A DNA stretch of 59,626 nt, the filler included, from Sphacelaria rigidula (lineage: Eukaryota), in NCBI GenBank assembly GCA_964200075.2. It is 7 parts of 7 records of this genome, joined end to end, with 100 filler letters (N's around TTAATTAATTAA, not from the genome) between each part and the next. Parts side by side here need not be neighbours in the genome. Positions count along the whole stretch, not along the records: positions 17,067 to 25,498 come from CAXNAA020011143.1; positions 25,599 to 34,030 come from CAXNAA020011144.1; positions 34,131 to 42,562 come from CAXNAA020011145.1; 4 more parts are not named here. One strand, 5' to 3'. Shown piece after piece: positions 24,899 to 37,611 of the stretch (positions are counted from its first letter, which is position 1; each line of letters begins with the position of its first letter). Under the pieces are notes generated by a model, which saw only the letters and a program-made list of their open reading frames with translations, was not told the origin of the DNA and did no database searches. The position numbers and the translations under genes are program-made.

Positions 24899-25498
24899 CA
24901 CATGGAGTACCACCTTGTTGTATTCATTTATTTTTTCTCCTTTAGTCTCGCTACTGATGATTTTTTTTTTGTGTTTTTGTTTTTTTTGTTTTGTTCATGT
25001 ACCTCGTACACTCAAGTACAGTAAGCATTTGGGTATACTCATTCATTCTTGTCTTGTGTCCTCGTTGAGTACAAATATGGTCGTCTCAGAGTCGAGTGGC
25101 TCGTCGTTTCCGTATTTATTTCGCTGGTGAAACCCGAATTTTGGTTCCTCGGATGTCAAGGCCGGTACGCTTCGCCACGATGTGGTGGGTTCAGTGAAAA
25201 CGTTAATATATGTTTATCTTCTCGAAACACGGGGAACAACCACGAAGCTCGCACCACTGATGGATTAAGACCCCAGTTGGTTGCAACGTTGCGTGCACGT
25301 CCACCCCTTCACCACTTTTTACTCACTCTTACCCCAGGTTGCCTCCCCCGCTCTGTGAGTTCTGTACCTCAACTCAAACAGGCTTGCAAAGTCCATCCTG
25401 CTCAAGTCCACGTCACGGCTCCGCACTCTCCGTACCCTTTCACCGAGTGAGAAGCTACAACCTACACACACACCCACCGTCCGTGTAGGATAAGTCAC
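24899..25498 (+). mobile_element. Inverted copy of the CACA-PBS-internal-LTR2 module with a ~0.9-kb internal deletion; truncated by the contig end
   Basis: 24899-25335 is the reverse complement of 18360-18819; 25336-25498 is the reverse complement of ~17270-17432; the two parts join at CCCC microhomology. Confidence 0.9.
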
Positions 25499-25736
25499 NN
25501 NNNNNNNNNNNNNNNNNNNNNNNNNNNNNNNNNNNNNNNNNNTTAATTAATTAANNNNNNNNNNNNNNNNNNNNNNNNNNNNNNNNNNNNNNNNNNNNCT
25601 TGCCTTAGTCATTTGACCATTGACCACGCATCCCTTTCGAGACGGAGCAATCTGGGGGGGGGGAAACAGGGGGGGAAATGACAGTTTTTCATAATAACTT
25701 GAATGTTCGTGGACTATTAAAAATGCAAGTTCAGCC

Positions 25737-26262
25737 AAAACTGCGGCAACGGGAAAGCGCAAAGATGCCTTGAAACGGTCTCAACGAGTAGAGTGAGTCA
25801 TTCCAAGGTATCAGCGTCCACCTTGCCCTCTTTTCGGGAGTAAAATGACAGAGAAGGAAGGGCCAAAAAGGCACTTTTCAACACTTTGTTTTCTTACACA
25901 TGAGGCCGCTCCTCAAAGTAAAAAACAAGACAGTCCTGTAAAAACCCTTTTTTGGTGCTTCTTCGTCGTTTTACGCCCTATGAGAGAGCTATGCGGAATT
26001 GACACCTTGAAATGACTTGCTGCACTCGTTTAGGCGGTTTCAGGACATCTTCGCGTTTTCCGGTGGCCGCAGTTTCTATTTTGACCAAACAAGCATTTTT
26101 ATCCAGAGACGGTAAAGCCCAGAGAGAAATGGCAGTTTTTCTAGATTTGACCTTTGTTGGTCGTTCTTGGACACAAATTCAAGTTTGGCGAAAATGAAAA
26201 CTGCGGCCACCGGACAGCGCGAAGATATCTGAGAACGATCTCAACGAGTAGAGCAAGTTATT
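25737..26262. repeat. Three ~72-bp units in alternating orientation (25737-25809 +, 26004-26075 -, 26197-26262 +)
   Basis: aaaactgcggc.ac.gg..agcgc.aagat...tctcaacgagtagag and its reverse complement. Confidence 0.8.
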
Positions 26263-28452
26263 ATTGTGTGTCAAACTCCGCCTGGCTCTCTTTCAGGACG
26301 TGAAACGACGAAGTACCCAAACAACATTTTTACAGGACTTTCTTTGTTCGCTATAAGGAGCGGCCTGAGAGCCGCTTCTTACAGTCGGAAAATGGTGACT
26401 GGACATTTTTCGGTGGTCAATTTTCTGACTTTTATTAAAACGCGATCGTACAGGACCACTTTTCATGAAAAACTCTCTGGAAACGGCAAGTTTTTTTCAG
26501 ACAGCGAGATTTTTCCAGAATTCTGTTGGGAAAAAATGGTCAGGTTTGAGTGAGACCAAACTGTTGGAAAGGGTGTGCTCCATCACACACTCCTCGCATA
26601 CCGCACCCGCAGTAGACGCGATGGATATTGACACAATGGATATAACATCTTCATGACGTGAAGTGGAGGCCGCGTACACAACGGGCATTGTCTGTAGCTG
26701 CTTGACATACGCCGCCCCGAGACACCTCCGTGTGGTACTCAGAAATATGTTGAAATACCCATCGCGCAACTTCTGAACACGGTACGACTATCGACGGCGC
26801 TGGCGATGGCGAAGAAGGCATTGGTATGCAGTGTGTTGTTGCGTGCCGCCTGCTGCCGTGTGGATGTGGACGTGAGTGATTGGCTGATGCGCGTGGGGTG
26901 TACCCTGGATCCTGCCTTCAAAATATGAAGGATGGCAACTACCCCTGCACGCAGGCTAGGTGATAGCCTTGGGTGTAAAACCCCCCAGTTTTTAGATAAA
27001 ACATAAGGCGGCGTGTTACAAACAGGATTCTCTGGAAAAAGTCACTGAAAAACGTCCTCCGCGCGCTACATGTTTTCAGTGACATTTTTCAGAGGAGTCT
27101 AGCCCACTTCTCTGATTAGCTTCGCTCCGAGGTTCCGAGAATGACCTCTGAACAACAACAGCTGGACAAAAAATGCGGTGTCTGCAGGTATATTCACTAC
27201 AAATGTCTCAAAAGTGGCAAATACGCCCCCCAAAAAGCAACAGCAAGAAACGGCCGTATCCTTCCCGTTATTTTCTTTGTTATTTTCCCTGTTCTGTACA
27301 TCTCCCATTTGGTTCAGTGTACTCCGCTTGTTCTATCCCCCCCTTTTGTTTTCCTCGTATGCTGTCCCTTTGTCGACTTTCCTTCAGCGAGTGTTTCCTT
27401 TCTGTTTTGTCTCGGATACGTCTATCATGTGGATAATAAATGATGACCACAGCTGGATCTCTGGAGGATCAGTTAATGTTTCAATGTGCGACATTCAATC
27501 AATCAATCATGCTAAATAGTCCTTGCTGGTCGCTTCCGTTTTTTGCGCCAATGCCCCTGAAGTAAAAAGGCCCTGTTGCACTATTCGCGTACCTTTTGAC
27601 GCGAGACCGCCTTTCGAAACATCATCATCGACCGAAACATTGAAGCCGATGACCCCGATGCTCCGACGGAGCAGCTACGCTCGATACTGCACTTTGAACA
27701 CTAGCCACAGAACACATTCAATCCTCCATGCTCCACACCCCCCCGGGTCATGCAGATTTCTGTAGCGAATGCATTTGTTTCTCAAATATATCCAGTCCAA
27801 TCCTCGATTTCGAGCCGATCCGTGGGGTCGGGAGCCCAAGCGTTTTCGATATCCAAACTAAGTCAAGCCATTCTCGTTCAATTTACCGCTGTGATTGCCG
27901 TGTACCCCATGTGACTAGTGGCGACTACATGTAACATAGAGTCCATATGAAAGCCTGATATCCAAAACCCATGCGCCCGTTAACAGCTGTAGTACCTGTA
28001 CCGTCCGCCGCGCACTCAATGAACAACGCACAGTGTAATCTGAAGGTGGTCCGTTCTGGTGCAGTACTATCATAAGAGTAGATTTTCAGAGTTGAGGGTG
28101 GAGCTTTTCCTTGAGGATGATAACCCGTCAAATCAAATCTTCGTATCCACACGAATTCTCAAAAAATGGCTGCATTCCTTCGCTTACTGGCAGCTGGTGA
28201 CAACGGCCACATGCTATACAATTTTGATGCCGATGACCGAAATTTTGGGGTCCTAGGCGAAAAAACAGTTCCGGGGAACGCAGGTGATTTTAGTTTTCGA
28301 AACCACTGCATGCCATACAAATTTGGATCCCGATGGCCGAAATTTTGAGGTCCTAGGTGAAAAACGATAGGATCCCAAATTTTTCGGTTACAGGGATCCA
28401 ATTTGTGTGGCATGTAGTAATTGTCAACAGCTATCAGTCGATGAAGGAATGC

Positions 28453-28817
28453 GTGTGTGTGTTGTCATCCCATCTATTCTGGACGCCAGTTTACAGCTGT
28501 AGGGATCTGTGGGCGCATGCATCAGGCGGGGACACGCGCGAGGAATGCCAACACAGGAGTTTTACCTTTTTGTTTTGTTTCAATACTCCATCTTTCTTCT
28601 GCGGTGCTTGTCTTATTTTCATCGCGAGATGGGTTCAGCGGTCGCTTTCCCTCGTCGACCATGCAGTCGAATTTTGTGTACCCACGACAATGTGGCTCTC
28701 CCCTGTTGGGTATGATGTGAGAAAAACCCAGGTCGTGTGATATTACCGAGATTCGAACCCACGATCCAACCGGCCGAAGGTTTCGAGGTTACCAACTAAG
28801 CCACCGGGGCGACCGGC
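28453..28817 (-). mobile_element. Full-length tRNA-derived SINE with (CA)n tail
   Basis: Head gccggtcgccccggtggcttagttggt (A-box) and ggttcgaatc (B-box, 28750-28759); body shared with 5541-5777 and 11227-11543. Confidence 0.9.
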
Positions 28818-28949
28818 TCCTTGGAATGTAACCATATTTCGAAGAATTGACGTAGGAACAAGGAATGTCATTTTCCGGGTTATCGTCCTCAAGGAAGAGC
28901 CCCATCCTCACTTCGAAAGTCGACTATTTACTCCGGACACATGCGGTAC

Positions 28950-28994
28950 ACTACAGTACAGTACAGTGCAGTGCAGTGCAGTGCAGTGCAGTGT
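28950..28994. repeat. (CAGTA/CAGTG)n microsatellite
   Basis: Direct reading. Confidence 0.9.
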
Positions 28995-29469
28995 ACCAGC
29001 ACTCCGTGAGAGCGGAAGGTGCGTTTCTATCTGCGCTGACCATCCCAGTCGTTCTGTATAGAGCGCGTTGACTCTAAGGTCAACACTTTATCACTGGGTA
29101 AGGTGGCTGCGCGGCATTTTTTCTCCCTGATGACATCTGTAGCGTTCGGGGTTAGAGGTATACACTACAAGTTGTGTTCACCTCAGAGTACCCGTACAGC
29201 ACACATCGAGACGTCTGTGTTCGCATGTCAGGCAATAAGCACTTTAGTAAAGGAAAGTTGTTCGTTTTTGGTTTGCTCTGTTTTCCGAGTGGATACTCGG
29301 GAGATAAGTCCATTCGTTTGTTACCCGCCAGTAGCGATCCGCTTCTGTGGTGACAGCATGACAGCATGACAGGCAGACGTACTGGGTACTGGCTGCATGT
29401 ACGTTGCGAAAGCCTTGGCGACAAACGACTGGCGGCTTTCCCTAGTTTCTCGGGGTGGAGTCGCCCCCT

Positions 29470-30150
29470 GGTTCCACGAAACACATTGTTTTGACCAGAC
29501 AGAAACGCTGTTATCTGTGGACCACCACAAGCTGATCGAAGTCGTGATTGGGCACAGTCGTTGCAATCCACTCCACCGGAGATAATTGTGTCCGGGGGCT
29601 GACAGTACCGCACTGTTTTATTTTGGCGTGGAGGGGTGATAAATTCTCGGGTACTCGCAGCATTACTCATACGGTAGGCGTAGATGAAACACCAGTGGAT
29701 GCTGATGGGTGCTGATCGGAACGTCTAAATCAAATTACATTGAAATTGAACTTTAAACAGCCTGGGGGAACGGTCGAAGAGGCTGGCATACGACCAATCC
29801 TGATGGTGCACGCTGCTACTGCTGGTCCCTGTCACGGGATGGTGGCCACACCTCACGCCTCATCACACCCCGTCACTTCAGCCCTTGAACCATACATCTA
29901 TGCAGGACTTTATCTACTCCACCAAAGACGAGAACATTCAGGCAAAAAAAAGCGTTGTCCGCAGTTTACCCACGCCCGATGTATTACACTGTAAGGGTCG
30001 AAACATTCAAATCCGTGATGGTGGCGCGGTAATCGAAGGATCAACGCACAAGTTGACAGCCCCATCAGTATTAATCTACACACCAATGATAAGTCAGGCG
30101 CTTAAACGTAACAGTGATATGTGGGAGCAGGCGTCGACAGGGATATGTCG
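29470..30150 (+). pseudogene. Heavily decayed pogo/Tc1-mariner DDE_1 transposase remnant
   Basis: Across frames, FDQTE, TVPHCFI, RPI..DG, MVATPHASSH./LQPLN and STGIC occur in the expected order of the N.DET, .PP.FIF, RP.LL..DGH, PPH.SH.LQPLD and TGI motifs. Confidence 0.55.
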
Positions 30151-33100
30151 TGATGAGACTCTCTGGTGCAAGTTGACACACTTACTTTGCGAAGCAGGTA
30201 TGAGACTTTTTCGAAGAGGACGCCGACTATACCCAACCATTCAAGTCGGATGTACTCTCCATGTTTCATGTTTCGGCCACAGGAAGTTGCGTTGAACTTT
30301 TAGGGCAAGCGTCAAGCTGTACGTTTTGCTGAAAACCTACCCTATGCTCGTTCCCCTACCGACTTGTTCGCAGATGTGATACGCACAAAAAGGTTCGCCT
30401 TCTCCTCGTCGCACAAACGGACCCCCCTGCGAAGGACAAGGCAGCGCCTTCCAGCCAGTATTCGACAGAATATTTAGAGCGCATTTTGATAGACGCAAAA
30501 AAATGTCTATGGAGTTGTGGGCTGTTGCGCACTTGCTGGTGTAGCTTTGATAGTGGCAGGGGCTGTCGTTCATAGTCAACGTCAGGAAGGAACCCACGAC
30601 TGTACTTGCAACAGTGGCGTACAGTATGCTGTGAAACATTCCATAGCCTGTGCGCTGAATGCTGGTGCCACGCGCCTGGGCAGCAGGAAACTGGCTACTG
30701 TGGGGATTACGAGACGAACGTAAGCGACAACGGCGCACTTGGAATGGCGACTGCCGGGCTAGTCGTGTGTGTCATATGTGCGGCCATGCTGGTAACTACG
30801 CGTTGGTGTATGGAGTGGTCAGAGAAGAACTTACACGTGAGTTATCCCCAGGTTACTCCGGTAGACCATATAAAGAAAATAACGGGAAGGATACGGCCGT
30901 TTCTTGCTGTTGCTTTTTGGGGGGCGTATTTTCCACTTTTGAGACATTTGTAGTGAATATACCTGCAGACACCGCATTTTTTGTCCAGCTGTTGTTGTTC
31001 AGAGGTCATTCTCGGAACCTCGGAGCGAAGCTAATCAGAGAAGTGGGCTAGACTCCTCTGAAAAACGTCACTGAAAACATGTAGCGCGCGGAGGACGTTT
31101 TTCAGTGACTTTTTCCAGAGAATCCTGTTTGTAGCACGCCGCCTTATGTTTTATCTAAAAACTGGGGGTTTTACACCCAAGGCTATCACCTGCTCGAGCG
31201 GGATGTATGTCGGGCCCGATGGTCCACACGAGAAGAAGCATGACGTCGACTGCAGGCGAAAGTACGCCGGATTGTCTCAATGTCTCGGAATGAGCGGCGT
31301 CAATCCTAACCCCCACGAGAAGGACAGTTCCCTCCTGACTATGCACGTCCGTACGCTGTCCAACATGACACTAGAGGTCTTGACTTACTCTCTACGTGTC
31401 ATTCACGAGGGTCGCAACGGGGCCATCACTTAGGAAACCATTACTAGAATCGTACGAAATAGTATGCATCACAGAAAGAGAGGGGCTGCTACGGTCTGCG
31501 CATTTGACATCTGGATCTGCGGGCGGTGCTTTTGCGACTGTCCCTTGATGCGAGTGTTCGACCGCTTTGGGCGGGTTGATGTAGTCTCCTTGCGTGCGGT
31601 GCTTGAGCCGGGAAATACTTGATAGAGCGCGTTGCAGTGGCGGGGGAGATGGCCGCTGGGAGGCAGTGCCCTCTATCGCTGTCGGTGTGTGCTTGCTGAG
31701 GGTGAGACGTAGTGTGGGTGGTCACTTGGTGGCCGTGATTGGGTGGACGTAGTGGTTGTCGTTCTCGGGTTGTTATACTTTTTTTAGAAGTATTGTCGAA
31801 TTTGTCGTGACCCTTCAACGCGTCTACGAACATGCCCATTTCCCTGCGTTTTACATATTTCGATCTTGATCCATCACCAGCGTTCATGTACAACCACCAT
31901 CTTCAGTGAGCGCCTGGCAGATGAAAGGAACATGACCCAAGATTCGCGCCTCGCGGGGGAAAATAGTTTACCCGGTCATGTTCACATGATAATCGCCGAG
32001 AACCACCGGCTATCCTTCGGGGAAATCGTCCATCATTCGACCCTGAATCATGAATATATATCACCTAGTAATTTTTCATGTGGTAATCGTCGTAAATCAT
32101 CGACATTCGTTTGGAAACGCGGTGTCTACTTCGACCCCGGCAAATGAGTGAACGTGACCCAGTCATTTGCAGATGATCCTGGTTTCCCACCATCATCAGT
32201 TGCTCAGGAGATCGATTTTGATTCGACCCTGGCAGATGAACCGGTATGATCCAGTGGTTACGCATGATACTCGTTCTCCATCACCAGCACTTGTCCGGGA
32301 GCATCATTGAGAATCCTCATCATCAACCATGCAACTGCACCCTCCCCTTACACTATTCTGTAAACGTTTGGGGGACGAATCTCCATTCTGTGTATCGCAT
32401 AGATCCGGATCATATGGTTGTGTGAGAAATTCTTGGCGAAGACACCTGTGATCCGTATGGGTTACGTGGAATACATACGCCGCACCCGACCCTCCAATAT
32501 ATGACACCGGGCACACGATGTTTTCGCTGTAGCCTACTTTTGTTGATCCTTCCTGAGGTCGTAGACTGGAATTCAGATACCCCTTCACCTCCCGCCGGTG
32601 GGAAAATTACAAGTTTTAGGTACCTCCAAATGAGAAAGAAGACCACACAGAGTTCAAGAAGGTGCCCACGTCAATAATAAACAAGAGTAGTTCGCGACGC
32701 CAGTCAAAGGCGTGTATAACCCTCAATGTTGTATCAAATGCGTATCTGACACACTGGAATGACGATTTTTACTTCCGGTTTCATGCGGTAGGTATACGTG
32801 GCTATCAGTCATACAGGAAGCTTCTCCTCGCTTGTTTTCAGGTTGATTGATCCTCATTTGTTGCTCTCTCGCATGAGATTGATCACCGATATCATGCTGA
32901 AACGGTTCGTCATATCACACTGAACACTTTTTATGATTGATACCGTAATCCTAAATGGCCATATGTTGTGACCATGTCAACACGCTCCGCCAAGTACTTT
33001 GCTGTTGCCCACTTACTTGATGTATCCCTACTTCCCAGGTGGCTATCTCTCTGGCACCGTTCGCTCTGCTTGCCGCACTGCCTGTGATGCAGCGATCGAC

Positions 33101-34130
33101 TGTATTCATGCTGTGGTTACTGTACTGTACTTCTGCACTACCGTCGTGCAGTGCATGCACTTCACTATCAATATGGAAATTTCCCTCTACCCGCATCGTA
33201 GCCTCGCAACAATGCACAGCGTCTGAGCGGCAAGCGGTGATCCAAATGCTACTATAGTAGTCGTGCGCCAGTTACGGTACGTCACAGTAACCTTGAATTA
33301 AGTGGGCCCAAGGGTCGGTCAAAATTTCGGGACACGCAGGCCCCGAGATCGATAATTCGAGTTTTTGAGGAGGGCGGAGGGGAACATCCAGCTTGCTTTC
33401 TCCTAGATTATTGCCGAGGCGTTGGCGGATGCGATCAGCTACCGTGTACAGAGATCCTTGGCATGGAGACCGCCGAGATGACGGACACACCGCCCCTCCG
33501 AGCTCATCACCTACCATGATTACATGTATGGGATAATGTTCCGTATCGTGTGCCGCCTAGACTATTCACCACTAGTCCGGGCAAATTTGGCGAAGCGTGA
33601 GATCATGTTTCTACTTTGGCCACATGCTGTCGCTCACGTGCGCTCGTGTATCGTACATAGATGTGTTGGAGCGTTGCCGGCATTTGAGGTCATCGGGACA
33701 GGGCGGGCAATAAGGAGCAGAAGCAAATAAACGAGCCTCGCAAAGCCCGCCAGACTTGACGGTTTTTGTCAGTGTTTGTACGTGTCAATATATTTCAACA
33801 ATGTCAACGAAAACAAATATTGCTTTTTTTCGATAAATTGTCCCCCGGGGGGGGACACTTTTTACGATAGCCCCCCCCCCCCTCCCCCCAAAGTTCAGCA
33901 GGGCGAGACACCCAGGAGGCAGTGTATAAGCCGTGACTGTCTCTAGAAGAGTCAATGCCAGATAATAAAGCAACTCATTGTAAGCTGTCATCCAAATGCA
34001 AGATAATCAGTAGGCCTCGGGCCGAACAATNNNNNNNNNNNNNNNNNNNNNNNNNNNNNNNNNNNNNNNNNNNNTTAATTAATTAANNNNNNNNNNNNNN
34101 NNNNNNNNNNNNNNNNNNNNNNNNNNNNNN

Positions 34131-34201
34131 CTGACCGAAACCATCATTTCCCCCCCTTTGTTGAGGGGGGTAATATAAGGGAAAATGACGGTTTCGGTCA
34201 G
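34131..34201. repeat. Hairpin with 23-bp arms at the contig start
   Basis: ctgaccgaaaccatcatttcccc / gggaaaatgacggtttcggtcag. Confidence 0.85.
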
Positions 34202-37200
34202 CGCTGTAAGCTCACAGAGTCGGTGAAATGCGCTGAAAACGTATCTACGCGATTGAAAGGCATTAGGCCGACAAAAACGTCAATGGGCACCATCGCTGCA
34301 AGTGCGGGGAAAGCACTGGTTTAGGCTTGAACCTCATCTCGGAGTTAAACCTCAATTCGCACAATTTGTTGTTCAGTGTACCTGTTCACATGAACACGGC
34401 ATGCCTTATGTGCCTGCTCCGGATTGGGTGGGTGCGTTCACAAATCGTGTGCCGGCTCGGTTGTGCACACGCCGTGCTTTATCAGAAAGATTGACATCAC
34501 TGTCTGCGCTTTCGATTTTTTTGCGCCGGGATCCCGACACGAAACTTTCGCCGATAAACGGGCATGATCACCCTCTGCGATACAACAGGCACGGAGCTAT
34601 TGGTGTTGATGCGTGGTGATGACCGCAGTGCGCTCTAGTTGATGGTTGTGTTGCTGCGGCATGGACAACATGATATTAGCTGGGTGTTCAAGTGTAATCC
34701 TGTCATGAGAGTATGCATTGCGTAATGACAACCGTTCACACCCGCCGCAGCCCATGCGCAGAAACACAGTGCATCCGGGCAGATAACGACGTCTGAATGC
34801 TCTGAGTACTTCACACGGCCGTATACCCGCGAGGGAAACTTGTGAAATCACACCATCATCGTACTACAAGTACCGTCGTCTGCTGTCTGCTTTGCGGACT
34901 GTACACTGTGTACAGCGGCAACAGACGACAGCAGTACAGAAGTACGACTGTACAGGGCCTTTAGTGCTCTAAACAGGTGACAAGTGGGGCGATGCAGAAC
35001 CACTCCCGCTACTCGTGCGGCCACTTGGATAGTCTGCACAGTACACAGACACAATGTACGGCTCACCCCGACTAATGGTACGCAGCTGATCGTCTCTGCC
35101 CATAACCCCATCCCCACGCCCGATCAACGATCTCTTCCTCCTTCTCCTTCCGCTCTGGGCCCGCGCAGTAGTGTGCCCTCCGTTTTCGGTACTCGCCAGT
35201 CATCTTCACTTTGGGCTGCTGCTGTTGCGGGCATCCGCCTCTTTCCATTTGCGTTAAGGGTAGTATTCTGTAGTCCATACATGACTGCAAAAGTATTTCG
35301 TTTTGAGTGTTCTACCCTGTACTCCAAATGATTTCGTCATGGTTCGAGCAGTTTTTCAGAACGTTCTCCTCGTTTTTGAAAAGTTCTCGTCTTTTGGAAA
35401 GTATTCCGAAAAAAACGAAAGTGTTTTCTGTCACAGAAATTCAATGCCGAATCTGGAATAGCCTGAGACAACAACCAATTTAAAAATTGGGATTTCTTGC
35501 AACAAAGTTGACAAAAACGAATCATGACAACTTTGGAATAAATGCCCTTCAGAGGAAAGGCAGTGGCTCCATGCCCGAAAATCTTCTCCTGGAATAACCT
35601 ACATCTCCTCGCGGGGGCAGAGGGCGGGCTACGTATGAATGATGATCTTGCACGCCGTAGCAAGAAAACTAGTAACTTCGCACTCCTGCAAAGCCTGGAC
35701 AGAGAACGCCAAGTTTCTTTTGCCGGACCTAGCGTTAATTCACCACGCGCAAAGCGCCCAGATGTGTTCGGCGAGTCAAATGAAGGGTGAGTTGGATCCC
35801 ACTTAGACTTTCCGGGCCGGACCGTACTGATAACCTCGCAGCTAGAAGGCAGCGTCGAATGAGCTGCTTAATTCTCTGGTATCACCACTTCCACTTCGTC
35901 GTGGGAAAGAGAGGGGAGAGAGGGGGGTGGAGGGGGGGGGGGGGGTGAGCATTTGTTGCTCGCCACAGTGGTTCGACCATTAACCACGCATTCTTTTTGT
36001 GACGGAGCACCGTTCCCACTCGTGACAGACATCTCCAAGATTTCGGCGCTCATCACGTTTCTTCCATACACAATACAAGAATATTTTACACATCGTATCC
36101 CCGTCCTGTTTCGCCGTCTGCGGCCCCCATGCATCTTCTAGTGTAGCCTTCGTTTTTTCCCTACTGCCTCATGTATCAAACGAGTTCATGCCACCTTCGT
36201 TCTCTTGCTCAAAATATGCCCGTACTGTAGCCCGCCGGAAAACCACCGGGCATACTTGTTTGGCTCTACAGTCCCACTGAGCACCTTCGACCCTCAATTA
36301 GCCTGATGTATTTCATGTGTGTGGGCAAGCACACCATAAGCGAGGAAGGAGTAGAATCGGACCGATCAGGAAAGAGGTGCATGCCCGTCACAAAATACAA
36401 GCATTGGGCTAACAAACGCAGCCGGAAAGGCCACAGCGTGATCACATTCGAGGCACGCCTGAACGGACTCCCTGCTCCGCTGCTGGTTGATGCTGATAAC
36501 CTCCGTGTGCCATGGTCACCGCTTCAACAGGTACATCGTTCCTGGAGAGGGACACATTTCTACGGCCCTCGGCTGTAGGGATGGCTATCTCTCTACACCA
36601 ACGGTATCTGTCTGGCTGACGGCGGCATCTTCGCGCGTCTGGCCTCGCAGTCGTGACAGTGAGCGTGTTGTGATTTGATTGATGCATTGATTGTCGCACT
36701 TCAACTAACCCTCCAAGCCTGTGAACGTTGTAATCCGCTACTTACCTCCAGCGGATCTCGCGGGTGCATGGTCGTCGCTCCCTCGTTGCTCCGTGGTTAG
36801 ACTTGTCTACACAACAACACTGTTGCCCAGATCCTTTCACTAGCTACTCTGTGTGTACACACGCTAGCGTACTGAGAAAACCCGTGAGGAATATACCAGT
36901 GGTGTAATCGTAGACCAGAGCTGTGTATACGATTCATATGATTTTTACTTCTCGGCAAGGGGCGGGAGTTTCACCTAACAGAAGAAGTAGCCGCAGTAAA
37001 AGTCGAATTGGAAGCAAGTGATCGAAAAACACGAACACCCATGAACATATAGCCAAAAGACCCTTGGAACGTACACACGGAAGACTCCTCACTGTCATGT
37101 ATAGGACGCATCAAATACAGAGGTCAAAAATGGATCAATCAAACTAGTCGAAACATTAAACATATTCTCCGCAACAGTCTGCCTTATCACTGTACATCTT

Positions 37201-37611
37201 CTCATCACTACACCTGGAAGGGCACTGGTTTGCCATCCAACGTCAAGGATCAAACAAAATCGACAGTGAATACATTTCGCCAGATGGGGGTGTTAGTTAC
37301 CATAATACGCGATATGGAAACTGGCGACCATGATTCTTTTGGCGGAGAGAAACGCAACACGCATTGGGGGGCCGGGTATCTTCGCACATGGTGATAGCCT
37401 ACGATTGCATCAATCACGTCTTTATATTACACTCAGAAGCCGGAAAGCACAGCGCGAAACATCATAGGCCCCCGCATAGTGCAGTGAGAAACGTACGATT
37501 GCAGAAAAGATCAACATCTTCCGCTTGCTGTGTTTTGCGCCAGTTTTACGTGTAGTTAGGGTGTCGTGTCTCGTGCCTTTCGTGCACTTCTTGCTTCCCA
37601 ATGGTCTCCAG

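Larger units (their letters stand above)
26958..31191. mobile_element. Non-autonomous DNA transposon (4234 bp) with ~320-bp near-perfect TIRs (AGG...CCT) and 3-bp TSD GCT
   Basis: 26958-27278 vs 30872-31191 differ at about three positions by eye; GCT at 26955-26957 and 31192-31194. Confidence 0.92.

Noticed and set aside
17238-25498. DIRS element because of the inverted ends
   Set aside because: It encodes an aspartic protease and a DDE integrase in Gypsy order; no tyrosine recombinase was seen.
28735-28817. tRNA gene
   Set aside because: A and B boxes are present but no proper cloverleaf was found, and it continues into a multi-copy SINE body.
30040-30110. UL9-like helicase motif (VLIYTP.IS)
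   Set aside because: A single short match; the surrounding motifs fit a pogo DDE_1 remnant better.
31490-33750. Decayed coding region
   Set aside because: Only short broken ORFs; no motif could be identified with confidence.
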